A stretch of DNA of 63,994 nucleotides, the filler included, from Sphacelaria rigidula (Eukaryota), in NCBI GenBank assembly GCA_964200075.2. It is 4 parts of 4 records of this genome, joined end to end, with 100 filler letters (N's around TTAATTAATTAA, not from the genome) between each part and the next. Parts side by side here need not be neighbours in the genome. Positions count along the whole stretch, not along the records: positions 1 to 16,024 come from CAXNAA020001513.1; 3 more parts are not named here. One strand, 5' to 3'. The notes beneath the pieces were generated by a model. The model did not search any database. It had not been told where the DNA came from and worked only from the letters and a program-made list of their open reading frames with translations. The number at the start of each line of letters is the position of its first letter. The stretch's first letter is position 1. Below, piece by piece: positions 1-12,068 of the stretch. Position numbers and translations under genes: made by a program.

Positions 1-83
1 AGCACGAGCTGCAAATTTTAAACACTTTATTTTAAAAAAAAAAAAACCGTAGAGTCCATAAAAAAAAAAAAAACGATCGGACA

Positions 84-416
84 TTGTTAAGGGCCCGTAC
101 GAATTTAGGTACCTTTACTTATGGGACAGAGGAAGTATATATAGCGCGTCCAAGCATCCACATGTGCACCGCCCCGTCCAGCCCTCTATTCGAACACCTC
201 ACCTCCACGAAATGGTTCTGGACTTCTGCACGAGTACGGGTGGGCTTGAAGGTAACCCACTTGAGCAGTTGAACGCCTAGGTTAATCGCTGAGTCTTCAA
301 GCGACGTGGTGTGGCGGTACGCTGGGTCTAGGTCTTGAAAGGCCTGCAGCTTCATCTTTATCACGTGTTGCGGGAGCGGAAGGAGAGGCAATCGAAGGCA
401 CACACACACACACACA
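84..416 (+). repeat. Probable retroposon (SINE/LINE) 3' end with (CA)n tail
   Basis: Ends in ggaaggagaggcaatcgaagg followed by (CA)n. This resembles the tail of the SINE at 34365-34415 (ggaaggggaggggttcaaag + (AC)n). The 5' boundary is a guess. Confidence 0.3.
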
Positions 417-839
417 AGTGATGACGGTTTCGTCCGTCTGTACGCTGCTTAGTTTGATGCACTCTAGGCCACGGGGTATTGGATCACTTGGGGCGTGATG
501 CAACCTATGACCTCGATTTTTTACCGAGCAAGGCATCTAGAGGTAGGTTCAGTAGAATACAAGTAGGTATACGGCTCAGTGTTTCGAGTACGCTAGAGAA
601 CTCCGTATGTTTTCCCGTTCGATACTTCAGGTAGTCTGGAAGTCACGATGCTTAACGGCCGATTACACAGGTACCCCAGGTTACTCGGGGCTGCACAGAC
701 GCCGCTTATTGACCTCGAAGATGCACACATGGAGTATGTCGGGTTGGGGGGGGGGAGCTATAAGATGGACCTTAAATAAAAATTCCTCAAGCCAAAGATC
801 GATTTTCGAAACAATATCTCCCACTGGCTTTCAAAATGG

Positions 840-1260
840 TGAGACACCAATGAGGCAGTGTGTAAACGGTGGCTGTCTCCCTGGAAGTGGCGATACCAGA
901 AAATGAAGCAATTCATCGGAGGCTGTCATCCAAATGCAAGATTATCAGCAGGAATCGGGCCGAACAATCTTAGCAGGATGAAGCTCACTCGTTCATGCGA
1001 CTCGCCGAACACACGACGGCGCTTCGCGCGTCGTGATTGAGTGCGAGCCTGGTCCGGCAAAACCCGGCGTGCTCCGTCCCGACTTTGTAGGGATGCGAGA
1101 TCAATGATAGGACTATAGCATGCATCATCATGAGTACACCCTGCCCGGTCTCGAAAGGGATTCGTGGTCAATGGTCAAACGACTAAGGCAAGCAACAAAT
1201 CAGTACGCCCCCTCGCCGAGGGTTTATGATACGCACGCCCTTGGGGTGGGGGTCAAGGTG
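840..1260 (+). repeat. Dispersed repeat family D (modular, non-coding), longest copy
   Basis: Segments recur at 32242-32470 (-), 48356-48510 (-), 6335-6400 (-), 15950-16010 (+) and 55300-55420 (-). Shared strings include cctggtccggc.a.aacccggcgtgctccgtccc and tggaagtggcgataccaga. Confidence 0.85.
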
Positions 1261-1547
1261 GGGCCGCGTCGGGTTGTGTTTTGCTAGTGGCAGAATGATC
1301 AACATTGGTGTGAGGGACCAGAGTGGGTCATCTGGGTCTCACAATCATTTTCGAAATTGAAATGATGCCGATCCCACAGATGACTCAACCTGGCCGTCGA
1401 AGGGTCAAACCTTTGACTACGAGTTTTGATACCGATATTGCAAGAGCAGTCGTACACCATACTTGAAACACGAAGCGATGCATCGCCATCGGCATACATG
1501 AGTGATATTATCAAAGGGACGGACAAATTCGTCGTAGAAGGGTTGAG

Positions 1548-3212
1548 CTAATCGGCAGTCACCTGCAGCTCCTGGATGACCTCCGTCGAGGACTGTTCAT
1601 GTTCAGGCTCACTGGTGGCCTCCTCCGTTTCTGATTGCTCCTTCTCTTCGTCCTTGATTATGTCTTCCATCTGATTGTGCATAAAAGTGAATAAACAATG
1701 AATAACGATGGTGGTGATGGTGATAATGATGATAACAATAACCGAGTGAGCGCGAAAGCGTGCACGTTCATTCACTACATCTGTATTTCTATAGGTATCA
1801 GGGAGCTCATCGTACCAGACCCCGATGTGCTGACGTCGACTGACAATGGAAAGCAAACATATGTTCCGGACTGGCAAACCGCAACTTGTCACGTTTTCGA
1901 AACAGCAATATACGAAAACAACAGATATCTGACAAATGAATACATGCTTTTGAACTCTACAAAAAAAAAACACAACGACAACGACAACGCAAACGCAAAC
2001 GGAAACGGAAACTAAGTCCATCACTACCGATGACGACGACAATAACAATAACGACAATAACAAAATCAATAACGTGACTACCACGGTGGATTCCCGTCCC
2101 AAGACAATATTCATATGCGGCAGATACCGATCGTCCTCATGTTTCCAAGGATGCTCCTGATGGAATGGGTACTCAATAGTCACCAAGGGTCATCGTCCAT
2201 TCCCGTCACCGGAGTGTCGCCGTACTCCAAGAATAGGCCAGAGCAACCTCTTGGCTCACCTCGGTCACTTTCATCTTCCCCATCTACATCTACACACACG
2301 CACACGAGAGCGAACACACGGCCTCGTCCCCGTGACTCACCCAGTGTGACCGACGAGGTTACCTTCCCTACTTTCCAGGGATGTTGCCCTTATCTGGCGT
2401 CGAAGGTCGTCCAGAAATATTCAACCTATTGTGGCATGGAGGGATGCTACGGTAGGTGTGTATAAGTATTTTACGAGATTGTAATTGTTACGAGCCCTTT
2501 ATCTCATTCAAAACACGACTCATGAAGTATGTGAGAGTACGCCAGGATTACTATTTCAATGTGCTATACCAGGGATATCCCGAATGAACTTGCAAACAGG
2601 GAGGCCTTGACCCATACTCTTGTGCATCTAGAATCGTTAGGAGCCCCTGAATCAGACAATATTTTGCCCAAAAAGTGCACCCCTACCGCAGCATTGCTTC
2701 ATAGTGCAGTACATCTCACCACGAAAGAAACCGTCTATGTTCGTCCCGTGGAAAGACGCCGTGATTACAAGGATAAAGCGAGACACAAGACGACAGCGTA
2801 TGAACCTGGCGATGAACTCATCGATCATCTTGAAGAGGAATAGAAACGAAGAGAGCTCGACCCACGAGCGTCGCTCATGTCCCATTGGCGACTATGCCCA
2901 AGAGACCGTTGCGACGTGAGCCGTGAATGTTGAAACCGCAACCTTGACAATAGCGCCAACAACCACCTTGTTCGCCGCTGTTGTTGAGGTCGCTGTCTGA
3001 TGAAAACTTGCGTCTCCCGTCAACGTGACATCTCTTGACATAGTCGCTACAGAGGAATGCGGGTGATGTTTGTGGGTTAAGCTTTTTACGTTATACTCCT
3101 CCTTGTGATGATCGACGAGAGGATTGTCGAGTTCATCCATGATCGTCTCGTCTTTCGAGTTGCCCATACTGTGAATGATGTGGTGACCATATATCGCCCA
3201 CAGAAGGAACAC
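1548..3212 (-). pseudogene. Exon-like relics of an unidentified host gene (hydrophobic segments, acidic C-terminal stretch)
   Basis: ORFs 2892-3212 and 2652-2885 share a frame and are separated by one stop. The frame is then cut by the MITE at 2439-2699. An acidic exon-like stretch lies at 1548-1670. Confidence 0.35.
2439..2699. mobile_element. MITE family A (GAG...CTC termini, 4-bp TSD, Sola2-like)
   Basis: TIR gagggatgctacggtagg / cctaccgcagcattgctt; flanks catg/cata; body matches 20296-20553, 33829-34082 and 59875-60099. Confidence 0.85.
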
Positions 3213-4473
3213 GGGCGATTCGTTTTGTGGTGTACTGTGCTGCGCTGTGCTGTGCTGTGCTGTGCTGTGCTGTGGGACGGTATAGTATCTTTCGGACTAC
3301 GTTCGACCTCACATGAGGGTCTCTCCTGCCTAGAGAGTAGGGAAGATACTCTCGTAGGTCACCGGAGATGAACCACGGGGGCGAGGACTTTTGGTTGCCT
3401 CAGTATGAGTGTGTGTAAAAGTGGACGAAGCATCGGGTGAGGAGGAGGCAGAGAGTGACCAAGGTGGGCCAAGGGGTTTGCTTTCGTCCGTCCTTGAAGT
3501 ATGACCACGCTTTGATGGCGGAAATTAACGGCGACTCTACCTGGCGGTACACCCGTTCCACAGGGAATATACTTGGAAGCATGCAGAGGGACCGTATATG
3601 TCGCATGTAAGTGTGGGATATGTGGACGGAATACAAAAGAAAGAAACTAGATATGCACAACATATCAACACAAGATGAAGAAAACGCGAGAAAGAACATG
3701 CTCCATTCGTCTCACGGCAGTATCGTCATCGGAGCCAGTCCCTACTCTGGTCGAGAAGTGACTTTTGAGGGACGATTATACATATAATTCATATATATAC
3801 ATATATATATTCCAACACATACCGGGAGTTTTTTTTCGGTTTTCCTGGATTGTGTTTCATATGTCAAATGGCGCTTGTACAAGGTGTACACGCGAGTATG
3901 TTCCAAGTGGACAAACAAAAAACGTTTCATAGGACTGCAACAACCAGTCATTCCTCGTGTGGCGAAGCACCCCATACGCCATGATCGAAGGGCAAGGGTG
4001 GGGGCAGGGGAGGGGGGGACGAGAGGAGGGGCGGCGGGGGGCAGGGAGAGTGCCCTATCGTGAAACAAATCGTTTATTCACCGATTATGCGGTGACATCG
4101 TGTGTGGGTGGCCAGTGTGTATAATGTTGTCGGGCATTTTCAAGCGGAGTGCTGTGATGATCTACTCCCCGAACAACAGGCGCGGGAGCTCAACCCATTA
4201 GGATGTCAAGCAGAAGAAGCCGCTTCAGACTGTAAGACCTACACGAGAAGGGAGAAGAAATGATGTCAGAATGATGTCTTCAAACAAACAGATACCTTCC
4301 CCAAACAAAAGGACGCTTCCCTATACCACATCAAGCATACAGGCCAAGAGTGCAACGGTAATCTCTGAAACGCAAAAGGAAGGAGACAAGGAAGCGGAAA
4401 GCAATGTAAAGTGTCCAATAACACGCAACACCCGAAGTCAAACGGCCAAAACACAGAAACAGCGAAGCCTCAC

Positions 4474-5910
4474 CCGAAGTACCGCACTGGGCTCGACACG
4501 GCGTCTCAGAGCTTCCGTCGCCTCATCTAACCCACTGGCCGCCTGGACAACCTCGGACAATCCATGCGACTTCGATGCCGATACCTTGCGACCATTGGCG
4601 ACAAAATCCTTTTCCACGCAAGGAGTACCTCCCTTTTGTCTATTCCTCTCCATGGGCCACTCGCAGAAGTCCATCATCCTGTCTTCTGCCGTGAATTTCC
4701 CCATGTCAGTCTGGATAGCCTTGCTCACCCTGTACCTCGTTTGGTCCTCTTCGAGAGCAGCTTCCTTTCCTACACTCGAGGTACCGCCACCCTGCCTACC
4801 GCGCCCCCGCCCCCTCTCCTTCGCGGCGGTACCTCCAAATTTCACACCCATACCCTCTTTTTCTCTTGGGTTTGCCACCGCAGACACCCCCCTGCTCAGA
4901 CGCCTGCTCCGCATGGTCTGAGAATTAGGCCGACCCGCACTTGTCATGCCAGGGCTACCCCCCCCTTCCACATCTCCCCTACCCTCCGGTTCGTCGTTAG
5001 TCGAGGATGCGAGGGGCGGCGCCCCGCCGGAAATTCTTTTACCAGGTGGTGCTCTGGGGTGTTGATGTTGAGTGTTGGCATTCTCGGTCGAGTCGAAACC
5101 GCCACGGGTAGTGAACGGGACACCTTCACCAATTTCGCGACGAATGTGTACTTTCTTTTTCGTCGGTGCAATATATGTTTCCCCTTCGGGCAGTTGCTTT
5201 GGGGTGTGTTCATCTGTTTTTTTTCGTTGTCGTTGTTGCTGCTGCTGCTGCTGCTGCTGGCTTTGTTTGGAGGACCGTTCTCCTTCTTCATCGTTTGCGA
5301 AGTAATCCTTTCGCTTCGTGCCGTTCAAGTTGTTCACGTAGCGTTTAACTCCTCGAAAGTATACAACGGAGGCGACCGAACCGCCTGGCTGATGCATGTT
5401 TCTTTTCATCGCTGCAGTAATCCTATCTATACGTTGGCAGGTATCCATCGCGTTACGTACTAACGTAACACAGCGTTCAGCACGCGTGGGACTACAAGCA
5501 TCCGTACCACGACTATTCTCCACCGAAGCAGCAGCATTAGAACAGACAGTTTCCCCTTGGGACTGCTCGTCAGCATTTTCGATGTTGTCTTTGTTATCGC
5601 CCTCTGACGCTTCGTGAAGCTCTAGGTGCTTCATCAAGGAGTCCGCTACTATGCCCAAGCTCGAGGACACCTGAGTATCAGACACCGATCGAGTAACCCC
5701 ATCGTAGCGGCATCCAGACAGTAACATACGTGAAGAGACAACAGCGCGCCGTGGGGGGCGTGAACCCTTCAAGCACCTGCTGATGGGTAAGCATGTCCAA
5801 CAGTTTTCTAGCAAGTGAGCATGATGGAAATTCACGAGATAGATACACCTGGGTGCTTCAAGGGTTAACCGGCGTGAAACCGAACCCTCATTCATACTAT
5901 TACCGCTCAA
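4474..5910 (-). CDS. Large low-complexity exon (G/S/R-rich, poly-Q) of an unidentified multi-exon host gene
   Basis: Part of the 490-aa ORF 4438-5910; GTGAGG donor near 4473; composition typical of disordered algal exons. The true 5' edge is unknown. Confidence 0.55.
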
Positions 5911-6954
5911 GGCTCGGAGAGTGGTTCTGCGTACAAACCGTCAGCGCCGAATAGAAAGAGTTCCTATTGTGAGAGATGCCTATTGTGAGAGATAAGCCGT
6001 CGAGTTTACACCCTGTGTAATTTGTGACACGGAAAGAACTGAACGCGTTGACGAGGCAACCGAACCTCAGCCCACAGGCCTGACTCACTACGTCACGTGG
6101 CCTGAGTCAAGGAGGGCAATGTCATACGTAGCATCACATAGGTCATGCGCAAATAATAGGTGTCGGTATGCACGATGGCACATGGGGCTACCTCGTATCG
6201 ACAATTGGAATGATTTCTTGAGCAGGATCTGGGTTCCGTCAATGAAAATATGAGGATGCAAAACAAAATGACAAGGGCTTGCCGGGAGGGGGAATGCTGA
6301 GTCAATACTTGATGCCGACATGCCAGGCAAGTGCCGTACCGGGGGGGACGGGGCATACTCATTTGTTTCTTGCCTTAGTCATTTGACCATTGACCTCGCA
6401 TCCCTTTCGAGACGAAGCACGTACCGGGGGGGGGAGATGGGTCGATATTTTGATACTATAGGCTCGTCCCGAGGAGCGAGAGGGGTTCTCAAGGTATGAC
6501 GACAACCGAAAAGATCAAGGGGGGCTAGGGGTGATCGACGTTGTCCTCGTGTTTTCGCATACTCTAGCCGTTGGTCAGACCATTGACTACGCGTGCTCGA
6601 CATGATGAATACGGGTGACGAGAAAAGCTGTTACCCTACGTACAGCATCGCTGAACCTTGTCTAATGTTTCAGTCTTTCTCGTTCGACCTTCCCATCTGA
6701 AATCACAGGGTAGGAGACTACTGGGCAAGATCTAGATTCCAGGATGTCCATGTCCTGTCGGGGGGTTTTCTAGCGATCGGTAGTGTATGTCATTCTGATA
6801 TACCTGTTGTACTTGTTGTTCTTCTCTCCTTTTCAAAACATTGAAGCTGAATGACCCCTCCCCTTCCGCCCCCGCCCCCCCCCCGCCTCAAACCTGCCCC
6901 AACTCCACTTCCTGGTTATCTGTCGCACCTCGAACATAACCCTCTTACACGTAC

Positions 6955-7149
6955 CTTTGATGGATTCTCCACCGCACGCAAATGGCAAAGGACGACTGTA
7001 CGCAAAGAGGGACTGGCAAGTTCGCACTTCTGTAGCATCGACGCCCAGGTGTCCTTCGCTCTCTTCTTGGCCAGCGCTTTGGCCCAACGACGCAAGTGCT
7101 TTGGATAATCTTCACCCAATTGCTGGGTAGTTGGGTAAGCAATAGCAAC
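6955..7149 (-). CDS. Internal exon (65 codons) of the same minus-strand host gene
   Basis: CAG acceptor at 7150-7152, GTACGT donor at 6949-6954, open frame VAIAYPTTQQLGEDYPKHLRRWAKALAKK...VENPSK. Confidence 0.6.
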
Positions 7150-8141
7150 CTGGTCGGCGTTCGTACGGCAGGAAGCAACAAAAAGCAGGAAGGAAAATAC
7201 GTATTCTTGGAGGGCCGGCAGGACGGTCCTTCCTATGCTACCAACTGAGAAACACCCATCAAAAATATCCTTCGAAGTGTAACAAAATAGTCGTGCTTGT
7301 TTCAAGGCGTAGTCGGACGCCGGGGTTAAGCAAAAGGGGCATGCCAGCCCTCTGGTTCTTCCACTTCATTTTAACCTTGTGGCATTGATTCATGAGACGG
7401 CATGCTCTCTCAGCTTGTATTGATTGCACTGATGAAACTACGACCAAGAAAACAAAAGATAGCGAACTTTCTGTTTCTTTGTTTCTCCTGTTTACTAGAC
7501 CTTGGGTAACCTCAGATGTGCACACGTGAACGAAGCAAATAGGACACGGGAAAGCATGTAAAAAGAAACAAGTGGAAACAGGCAAAGCAGTCAGGAAAAG
7601 TCCTAGACCCGCAGCACTTTTGTCGAAAAGACATTGTCGCTAACATATCCATACTTCGCGATTCGGAGTGCATATGGGAACGCCGCAGACGTTCTCTGCG
7701 AGGAGGGGGGCAAAACCAATAGTAGAAGCAGTAACACACACTTGAGGTAGATATATCGGAAGGGTCGGGTACCGGGTATGACCTCGTGTTTCAGGTACTT
7801 CGGGGAACTCGTTGTTTTCCTTCCTATTCGGTCCACACTCCAGGTACCCCCGGAATAGTCGGTTGTGTTTCTCGGCAAACATCTCAGATACATCGGAGTG
7901 CTTATTCGGCAAATGTGTTTCAGTCGACACATCTCAGGCACCCTGGCATACCAAGTGTCGTCGGAGTTCATTTAGTAGCCTGGGTACCATGGAGTGCTCA
8001 GTATCTTCGGCAGCCCTCCCGTACCCTGAACTGCTCAGTACTTTACGCAGCCATTTCATACCCAGAGTACCCTAGAATGTTCAGTACATGCCCCAGCCAC
8101 CTTTGCAACACTCCGACGCAACCAGTCAAATCGCCACTCAC

Positions 8142-8951
8142 AGGCTGAATAGAAGAATAATGTTGGAAGGCTTCGGCACCACCGGCCTTGATACCGTCGC
8201 CGCTCCCGCCACGACCACCGCGTTTTCCCCCAGGGGCTTGACCAATCGCTCGTGACTCCGCACCAAGACTGTGATATACCCAAGTCCTAGGCTTGGCGTG
8301 TGCAACATATCCATGGTCCATCGATGCTTGCCTATTATGGTTGACCCTCGAAATTGCATCACCGCCGGCGCCTGAGGATCTGTTTTTACTACCACCGACC
8401 GCAGCAGCAGTTGTGCATTCGTCGGCCGGTGTATCATCATGCCCGTTTGTCGCTGCATCATAACCGTCCTTGCATGGTGCACCACGATCAACGGGCAAAA
8501 TTCTTCTGGCCGGTGTCTCATACCCACCGCCCGATGGTTGATATCCATGCGCTTGAGTTTTGCGGCCATGACACGGCGTGACATATCCGTTCGAAGGCGC
8601 CATTACCATTCCCTCAGCCGTCGATGATACTTTGATATTCTTAACGGGGGTCACTATGTTGTCGTTCGGGTGGGGTGGGGGCGGGGGCGGGAGCGGGGGT
8701 GGAGGGTCCGGGGGAAATGATACTCTCTCCCCTGTCGCGTCTCGACTGGCGGCGGCGCTGGTGTGTGCCGTATCATCACCCAGATTATCGAGGAGGTACA
8801 CCCCTTGGACAATGTGCTTGTAGGGTGGGGATAGACGCGGTGATCTGCGAGGGGGAAAAGGAGAAGAAGCGGAGATGGTCTGGTCAAATGAGTAACGAAG
8901 CGTAGGAGAACGGTCTAGAGAATCATTCTGAACGTGCAGCAGTGAAACCAA
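8142..8951 (-). CDS. Low-complexity exon (poly-Pro, Gly-rich) of the minus-strand host gene
   Basis: Part of the 302-aa ORF 8043-8951; GTGAGT donor at 8136-8141; acceptor not fixed. Confidence 0.5.
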
Positions 8952-10609
8952 AGGACGTGTTACTCGTATGTTATTCGAAGGCTAGTCTTCGCGTGGTGTT
9001 GTCTCAAGGTACAGACTTGCTACCTCACTAGACAAGTTTACAGAGGATACGTAGTAGCTGAAATGCTGCTCTGTCTCGTCTTGCAGAAAAGAGACGAGAG
9101 TTAGACAGTGTTCACGGACGGTTATTTGGCCAGGACAGAATAAAGCACACACAGTCTCTTCTCTAAGCAGAGGGCTGAAGGAGAGTGAGGAAGGTGACCG
9201 CATGAGGGGATCGAAGTCGTCAAGCCGAAGCAGCAATCACTCTTGGAACAAAACCGATGTTGGGTCACTACGGACACGTCCGCCAAATCAGATTGTTTCG
9301 CCGTGCTTAGCTTGCTGACGCGTCAGTCTTGCCAGCTCTTACACTAGATATACTGCAAATCATGTCGCCTAGTTTCTTCGGTGCAGTATCCTACTGTGAT
9401 GAACACTGACGGCACGATATCTACCTCAATCTCCGGCGTAACACGTTGCCTACAAAACAAATCAAAGATATGCAATGAAACGGCTACATGACCCATGATT
9501 TCGTTGAACTGTCGCAAGTGTTACCGCAATTTCGCGATGAACCCAACATTTGAACAAACAGATTCAGACTGTTCTGTGTGAGCTCGCAAGATATGTAAGC
9601 ATCAAGTATGAATGGTATATCTACTACAGGTTTCCGTGGCGTACAATCTTAGCGATGCTCGTGTTCGTTCACTTGTCTGCTTGGCCTTTGTGTTCCCTCT
9701 CTTCCTCTCTGTTCTCTGTGGATGTTGCTGGGCCACCATTCCTTAATTGCTCCTTTGGGGCCGACTAATCTGGTTCTTACTCTCTGATTCTTTCCTTTCC
9801 TTTATATTCTTTATTTTTTCGTCCATCCCTCGTACTCAGCTACTCCGTTCGTTCTATACCCACTCTTCTTTTTTCAATTGCCTTTTCCCTTGTCGAGTAT
9901 CCTTCAGCGAGTATTTCCGCTTTCTTTACCGGGGCTACGTTTATCTTGTGACCTCGGGTAGATTCCTCGCCGATCAGGTAATGCGCGACGACCAAACTAT
10001 CAATCCATCAATGGCCAGTTGGTGTGGGACAACCAATGAATCGACCACTTAGTCCATCAATCTTCTCAGGAACTGATTGTTGCGCCCCATGGCAAGAGGA
10101 CAAATGCGGAATGATCGACGAGGCCCCTGTCTCAGACAGCGGCCATCCTCGGCGTTACGACGACTACTTTTGGCGTCGGAACAACTTCACTGTTTGGGTT
10201 CTTTTTGTTTGTGAAAGGATTGCCAGAGGTCGAAAATGGACAAGCAACCATGTGAACAATCATGATTGTTTTTTTTCCCCTAATAACAACCATTGGCCAC
10301 AATGTTGCTACACCGGGCCGAATAAAAGGACGTGAGAACTTGAAAAGGAGACACACGTTAGTGGAATACTGCGGCGCCTTTTTAAGGCGAAAGTCGTTTT
10401 CAATTGAGCTCTACCACCATGCAGATCTCAACGTTTGAGCCTTCAAGATGCAGCAGTCGTTGGGATGCCCTCAGCCATAAATCTCTCCGTCCCAAACCGG
10501 CATCCCATAAGCAGGGCCATCTGCTGAACATGCATGCCCCGACTTACCGTACGACCCTACGCAGGAACCATTCCTCTCCCTACAGCACGGCTGAGTTGGT
10601 GAACCTTAA

Positions 10610-10707
10610 CCCTTAGACCGCGAGATAAGTCTTTCTGGACCATGCATACTTTTGTTCACTCGAAATTGATGCCGATTCAACAGAAGACTAACCTCGCGGT
10701 CTAAGGG
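10610..10707. mobile_element. piggyBac-type MITE, 98 bp
   Basis: TTAA|CCCTTAGACCGCGAG ... CTCGCGGTCTAAGGG|TTAA: perfect 15-bp TIR with CCC/GGG ends and TTAA duplication. Confidence 0.9.
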
Positions 10708-11120
10708 TTAAACTGTGTGTTCGTCCTTCAAATTGGCGTTTGTGGCCCCCATGGATGCCAGATCTCAATTCGGAACAACTTTGGGTGACCTCCAACATCG
10801 GAAACCCGAACAATGTAGCTCGCGAACTCTTATATATTACCGAGCAACACTCTCGGCAACGTACATCATGCATTCCGTGGCACACTACCGCCGACGGACG
10901 CCGTACGGTGACAACCAATTCGGCTGTTTTTCACATATTTCCAGCCATGGATGTAGGATCGATCTGCGGTATCGGTATCCCCGGGGATCAACCCTTCGAC
11001 CACCAGGATGGGTCAATAGTCGAGTTTGACGTGAAGCATTACTGTAAGACCTACACGGCTCACAGTGGTAGACAGAGGGTTAAGGTGGGCCACCCGTAGG
11101 CAGTGCATGTCTCAACTCAC

Positions 11121-11344
11121 CGGACGACCATGTCAAGGACTTGACCCATCGCTACCGCTGGGTTTGCCCCCGGTGGCGGGTGGTGCCTGCATGCCCCCAT
11201 CGATGGCTTGCGTCGGTGTCCCCTTGGAGGCGTAGAAGGATCATCTTCCGGGGCCTGCGGCTGCTGCTGCTGTTTGCCTTTGAGCATGGTTTGAGACCAG
11301 CTGTTGGCACTGACAAAGAGTTTGGCAACGTGGAAAACAGACAT
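11121..11344 (-). CDS. Possible further exon of the minus-strand host gene
   Basis: Open frame with Q-run and Pro-rich stretch, ending at a GTGAGT donor (11115-11120). Confidence 0.35.
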
Positions 11345-11982
11345 TCGGGGAACTTCGTGGCGTTCAGACGGTCATGTACCGTTAGATGTCCAACAATGAT
11401 GAGGGGATGTTGCCTATCGTATACACACGAAGACACACGACGGCCAACGTCCATTGAGCATAAGTCGCGATAACTGCGACACACCAAAATACTGGATTAT
11501 TATAGCTGTGTTTTATCTAGACGGTAAAACAAGTTCCAAAATCACGTTCGCCTGCGATTAGCTGTGGCGATACCACCCCCCTGCCCTCGAAACAATATAT
11601 ATTTGCGAATCACTTGTGATTTGTGGCGTCCGGTACGTAATTTCTGGAGAGCAGTACGAGCTGGGAAAGCCAAGACTTTCTTTGGCGATTGAACAGGTGG
11701 GCGCTGCTTCACTTTTGGCGTTAATAACTTGAATTTTGACACGAGATTAATATCATCAATGGGAGGAAAACAGGTGGAAGATACCGGAACCAAGAAAAAA
11801 AGGAAATAGACAGAACGACTTGAAACATCGAAAAATGATGTGAATAATCATAACTTGATGAAAAACTGGAAACTATGGTTGCTTCCGTGAAGGATTTTGA
11901 CCTTGCATACAAGAGGTCCTTGTGAAATTTTGGCTCAAAAACCTTGGAATTAGGCAGCGCCATCCACTTTTTGTGACGACGC

Positions 11983-12068
11983 TGCACCCCGCTGTCTAGC
12001 TGGTATGATGGCCTCCGACAAGGGCGAAAGGTCACGAGTTCGAACCCCGACAGATACGTCCTTTTTTC
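11983..12068 (+). other. tRNA-like Pol III module (degenerate; SINE head or tRNA pseudogene)
   Basis: A-box-like tgtctagctggt, B-box gagttcgaacc, followed by TTTTTT. No convincing cloverleaf. Confidence 0.4.

Noticed and set aside
1698..2186. ORFs from (GAT/AAC/GAC)n tracts
   Set aside because: Microsatellite-driven open frames with no protein-like content.
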